Part shown: piece after piece, positions 61,201 to 64,000 of the stretch
Position numbering within the stretch: the first letter of the stretch is position 1
Layout of the letters: every line of letters begins with the position of its first letter
From: Candidatus Pampinifervens sinense
Lineage (GTDB): Bacteria; Aquificota; Aquificia; Aquificales; Aquificaceae
Reading direction: 5' to 3'
DNA length: 64,000 nt
Assembly: GCA_037927135.1 (NCBI GenBank)
Contig: JAXSPP010000002.1
Span: forward strand, 32,001-96,000
Translations under genes and position numbers: made by a program
Notes under the pieces: model-generated
The model's database searches: none
The model's input: the letters and a program-made list of their open reading frames with translations, nothing else
Told to the model about the DNA's origin: nothing

Positions 61201-61689
61201 TTACCTTTTAATCTCAAAAACCTGAGGGATCATCAAAGCATAACCTTGAAGTTGCCAGTGTATTATTTCTGTGATGGCGGAAGGCACAAGCTCCACAAAA
61301 GGATAAAAATCCTTTTCAGAGAGGCCGTATATCTGTTCAGCGGCCATCTTACAAACCTTAAACTTAACTCCATACATGCTAAGGTTTTCCATCCTTTCCA
61401 CCATGTCCGCATACTGGTCCCTGTTTTTTATAGCAAATACAGGAAGCTCCCTTCCATGGGAAACAACCACAATGTCTATGTCCTCTGGGCTAAAGTTATA
61501 GGGTGGTTTGGTAAGCACAAATATAACATTAGATATCCAGCCAAGGGCTGGCCTTAGCTTTTCTGGATGGTCAAAGAAAAGCTCATAAACCACCTTAAAG
61601 GGCTTTTGATAAGGCGTTTGGACAAACTTACCATGCGGCTGGGCAAATGATAAAGAAAAAAGCAAAAGTATAAATAATATCTTTCTCAT
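61201..61689 (-). CDS. Exported DsrE/F-like protein
   Basis: Signal peptide, [23 protein letters not shown]. Confidence 0.75.
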   Translation of the reverse strand: MRKILFILLLFSLSFAQPHGKFVQTPYQKPFKVVYELFFDHPEKLRPALGWISNVIFVLTKPPYNFSPEDIDIVVVSHGRELPVFAIKNRDQYADMVERMENLSMYGVKFKVCKMAAEQIYGLSEKDFYPFVELVPSAITEIIHWQLQGYALMIPQVFEIKR

Positions 61690-61724
61690 TGCTGCACCTC
61701 CCTACTATAATATTTAGCCTACGC

Positions 61725-62339
61725 ATGGTTAAAATCAAGCTTTGTGGCTTTACGAGAGAGGAGGACATAGAAAAAGCTGTAGAGTTTGGAGTGGACTATG
61801 TGGGAATAATCCTTTATGAGAAAAGCCCAAGGTATGTAAGCTGGGAAAGGCTAAAAGACCTTTTGTCTGTAGCCACTGGGGTCAAAAGGGTGGCCGTTAT
61901 GGTAAATCCTACATCAGAGGAAGTCTTAAGGGCCTTTGAGGTAGGCTTTGACCTCCTTCAGCTTCATGGAGAGGAAAGCTTAGAGTTTGCCAAGGCTATT
62001 GGACTAGATAGAGTTATAAAAGCCTTCAGAACTTGCCCAGGCCTTGAGGTCTCAAAAGAGTGGAAAAGTGCTTATGGTGTGCTTCTGGATGCCTGTTCTA
62101 AGCTTTACGGTGGAAGCGGGCAAGAGTCTGATTGGGAATTTGCCAAAGGCCTTGTGGAGGAGGGCTTTAAAGTGTTTTTGGCAGGAGGTCTTAGGCCAGA
62201 GAACGTAAAAGAGGCCATAAGAAGGGTCAGGCCTTATGCGGTGGATGTGTCTTCTGGCATAGAGTTAAGCCCTGGCATAAAGGACCATAAAAAGATGGAG
62301 GAGTTTGTGAATGCAGTTAAGAACGCATTTGAGGATTGA
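61725..62339 (+). CDS. trpF: Phosphoribosylanthranilate isomerase
   Basis: KLCG, SPR, QLHGEE, GGSG, LAGGL, VDVSSGIE. Confidence 0.95.
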   Translation: MVKIKLCGFTREEDIEKAVEFGVDYVGIILYEKSPRYVSWERLKDLLSVATGVKRVAVMVNPTSEEVLRAFEVGFDLLQLHGEESLEFAKAIGLDRVIKAFRTCPGLEVSKEWKSAYGVLLDACSKLYGGSGQESDWEFAKGLVEEGFKVFLAGGLRPENVKEAIRRVRPYAVDVSSGIELSPGIKDHKKMEEFVNAVKNAFED

Positions 62340-62694
62340 TAGAAGTCTTAGCGGAGAGGTGGTAGAACTTTTAGAGGGCTATGCCAAGCTTAGACTAAGG
62401 ACGGATGAGAGAATGGTGGCGGATGATATGGGGCTTGTGCATGGAGGCTTTATCTTCTCCTTGGCTGACTTTTGCGCCATGGCATGCGTCAATGAACCCA
62501 ACGTGGTTTTGGCCCAAGCAAGCATAAGGTTTCTAAAGCCTGTAAAAGTTGGGGATGAGATCTTTGCGGAGGGGAGGATAATAAGGGAAGAGGGGAAGAA
62601 AAGGTGGGTGCAGGTGGAGGTAAAAAGGGGAGAGGAGAAGGTGGCAGAGGGGGAGTTCCTCTGCGTGGTGCCAGAGAGGCACGTGCTATCTTAG
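62311..62694 (+). CDS. PaaI/hotdog-fold thioesterase
   Basis: GLVHGGFIFSLAD, FLKPV. Confidence 0.85.
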   Translation: MQLRTHLRIDRSLSGEVVELLEGYAKLRLRTDERMVADDMGLVHGGFIFSLADFCAMACVNEPNVVLAQASIRFLKPVKVGDEIFAEGRIIREEGKKRWVQVEVKRGEEKVAEGEFLCVVPERHVLS

Positions 62695-63569
62695 TAAGAG
62701 TAAGAATAGACTCCCATTTTCCTGGCAAGCTCTTTTAGCCTTTCTATCCTCTTTTCTGTGGAGGGGTGTGTGGAGAAGAGTTCCCATATGCCTTGGCCGG
62801 AGAGTGGGTTTTCAATAAAGAGGTGGGCTGTGCCTTGATTTACCTCTGCGGGTATTTGATAGACATAGTTGTGTATCTTTTCTAAGGCGCTTGCCAAGGC
62901 AAGGGGGTCTCCGCTTATCCTTGCTCCAGTCTCGTCTGCCATATACTCCCTTGAACGGGATATGGCCAACTGTATTATGGTGGCTATGATGGGAGTTATG
63001 ATTATCATGGCTATGCTGGCTATGAGAGAAAGTGGATTGTTGTTATTTTCTCCTTCCCTTGAGTGGCCCAAAAGCAAGGCCCATTGGAACATGTTCACAA
63101 GGTAAGATATGGCTCCAGCTATGGTGGCTGCCATGGTGGCCACAAGCACGTCCCTGTTCTTTATGTGTCCTATCTCGTGTGCCAAAACTCCCCTTAGCTC
63201 ACGCTCGTCAAGGAGTCTCAGTATGCCAGAGGTAACTGCTACCGCACCGTTGGAAGGCCCTCTTCCTGTGGCAAAGGCGTTGGGCTGTTCCATAGGCACC
63301 AAGTATATCTTGGGCTTTGGTATGTTTGCCCTTTGGGCAAGTTCTTCTACCATCCTGTGGAGCCAAGGGGCCTCTTCATAGGGTATCTCCCTTGCACCAT
63401 ACATAGCAAGCACAATCTTATCGGAGAACCAGTAGGCTATAAAGTTCATAATGCCCGCCAGCACAAGGGCTATGGTCATACCCACCTTTCCACCTATAAG
63501 ATGACCTACAAAAAGGAAAAGGCCTGTGAGTGCTCCAAGCAGTATAACGCTCCTTATGGCATAACCCAT
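62691..63569 (-). CDS. htpX: Zinc metalloprotease HtpX
   Basis: PNAFATG, AHEIGH, SRSREYMAD, FSTHP. Confidence 0.96.
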   Translation of the reverse strand: MGYAIRSVILLGALTGLFLFVGHLIGGKVGMTIALVLAGIMNFIAYWFSDKIVLAMYGAREIPYEEAPWLHRMVEELAQRANIPKPKIYLVPMEQPNAFATGRGPSNGAVAVTSGILRLLDERELRGVLAHEIGHIKNRDVLVATMAATIAGAISYLVNMFQWALLLGHSREGENNNNPLSLIASIAMIIITPIIATIIQLAISRSREYMADETGARISGDPLALASALEKIHNYVYQIPAEVNQGTAHLFIENPLSGQGIWELFSTHPSTEKRIERLKELARKMGVYSYSY

Positions 63570-63678
63570 GGCTCACTCATCAGTATCCAAGCCTGTTTAA
63601 ACAGGCTTGGGCTGGGGTATTTATATCCCGCCTTTTAAAAGGTACGGACTGCCCCAGCAGGCGGTATTAGCCCGTACC
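63570..63678 (-). ncRNA. Candidate structured 5' leader RNA of htpX
   Basis: 10-bp stem with a G-U pair, two loop-to-downstream complementarities, 24-nt perfect palindrome; begins 7 nt after TATAAT. Confidence 0.5.
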
Positions 63679-63714
63679 AATTTTATTATATTAATAGCTC
63701 CTTGCCTTTGGATG

Positions 63715-64000
63715 TCAATGCCACAGCCCCAAATAGACCTTCCTGACTACATCCTTTGATAACAGATCCTCCACGTCCCCCTCTGCTATCAGCCTTTCCA
63801 AATCCAACACATATCCTCTTCTGCATAACACCCTTGCTAAATAAACTTCCTGCTCTACAAGAAGCAAAGATATACCTTCTTTAAGGTTTATTTCCCTTAA
63901 AATCTCCCCAAGCCTGTCTGCCACCTTAGGTGAAAGACCCAAAGAAAGCTCATCTATCATAAGAAGTTTGGGTTCGGACATGTAGGCCCTTCCTATAGAA
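63715..64000 (-). CDS. LivF-type ABC ATPase, C-terminal part (5' end outside window)
   Basis: IGRA.MSEPKLLMIDELSLGLSP, LLVEQ, VRKVYLG. Confidence 0.85.
   Translation of the reverse strand, partial: SIGRAYMSEPKLLMIDELSLGLSPKVADRLGEILREINLKEGISLLLVEQEVYLARVLCRRGYVLDLERLIAEGDVEDLLSKDVVRKVYLGLWH

Noticed and set aside
63625-63678. HDV-like ribozyme topology in the htpX leader
   Set aside because: Stem order is similar, but the pyrimidine-rich L3, the P1.1 GG and the catalytic-C joining strand are absent

Overview
Gene-dense bacterial chromosome segment. Gene content and codon habits (AGG/ATA-rich) suggest a thermophilic Aquificaceae-like organism, which is an inference. Housekeeping genes include pnp, dut, queA, guaB, pgl, cfa, nrdD, pheA, thiO, trpG, lpxK, glgB, trpF and htpX, plus three tRNAs (Thr-CGT, Ser-CGA, Lys-CTT). 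There are four notable blocks. (1) An AT-rich mosaic island (~3.56-10.3 kb) with an HEXXH protein, a headless and an intact radical SAM/SPASM gene, an autonomous outer-membrane barrel cassette, an unannotated ribbon-helix-helix gene and a LemA-DUF3137 fusion. (2) An AioXSR-like oxyanion-sensing cassette with one lesion in each gene. (3) A sigma54-driven sulfate assimilation operon whose first gene is a three-domain fusion of sulfite reductase, a ubiquitin-like MoaD/CysO sulfur carrier with an internal Gly-Gly, and APS reductase; this is the strongest candidate for an undescribed system. (4) A complete pel exopolysaccharide operon with a split PelB. Also seen are soeAB without soeC, a TtrA-like/porin pseudogene scar, a structured pseudoknot-capable leader upstream of htpX, tRNAs overlapping stop codons, and many apparently leaderless genes. 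All calls come from motif reading by eye; no database searches were run.
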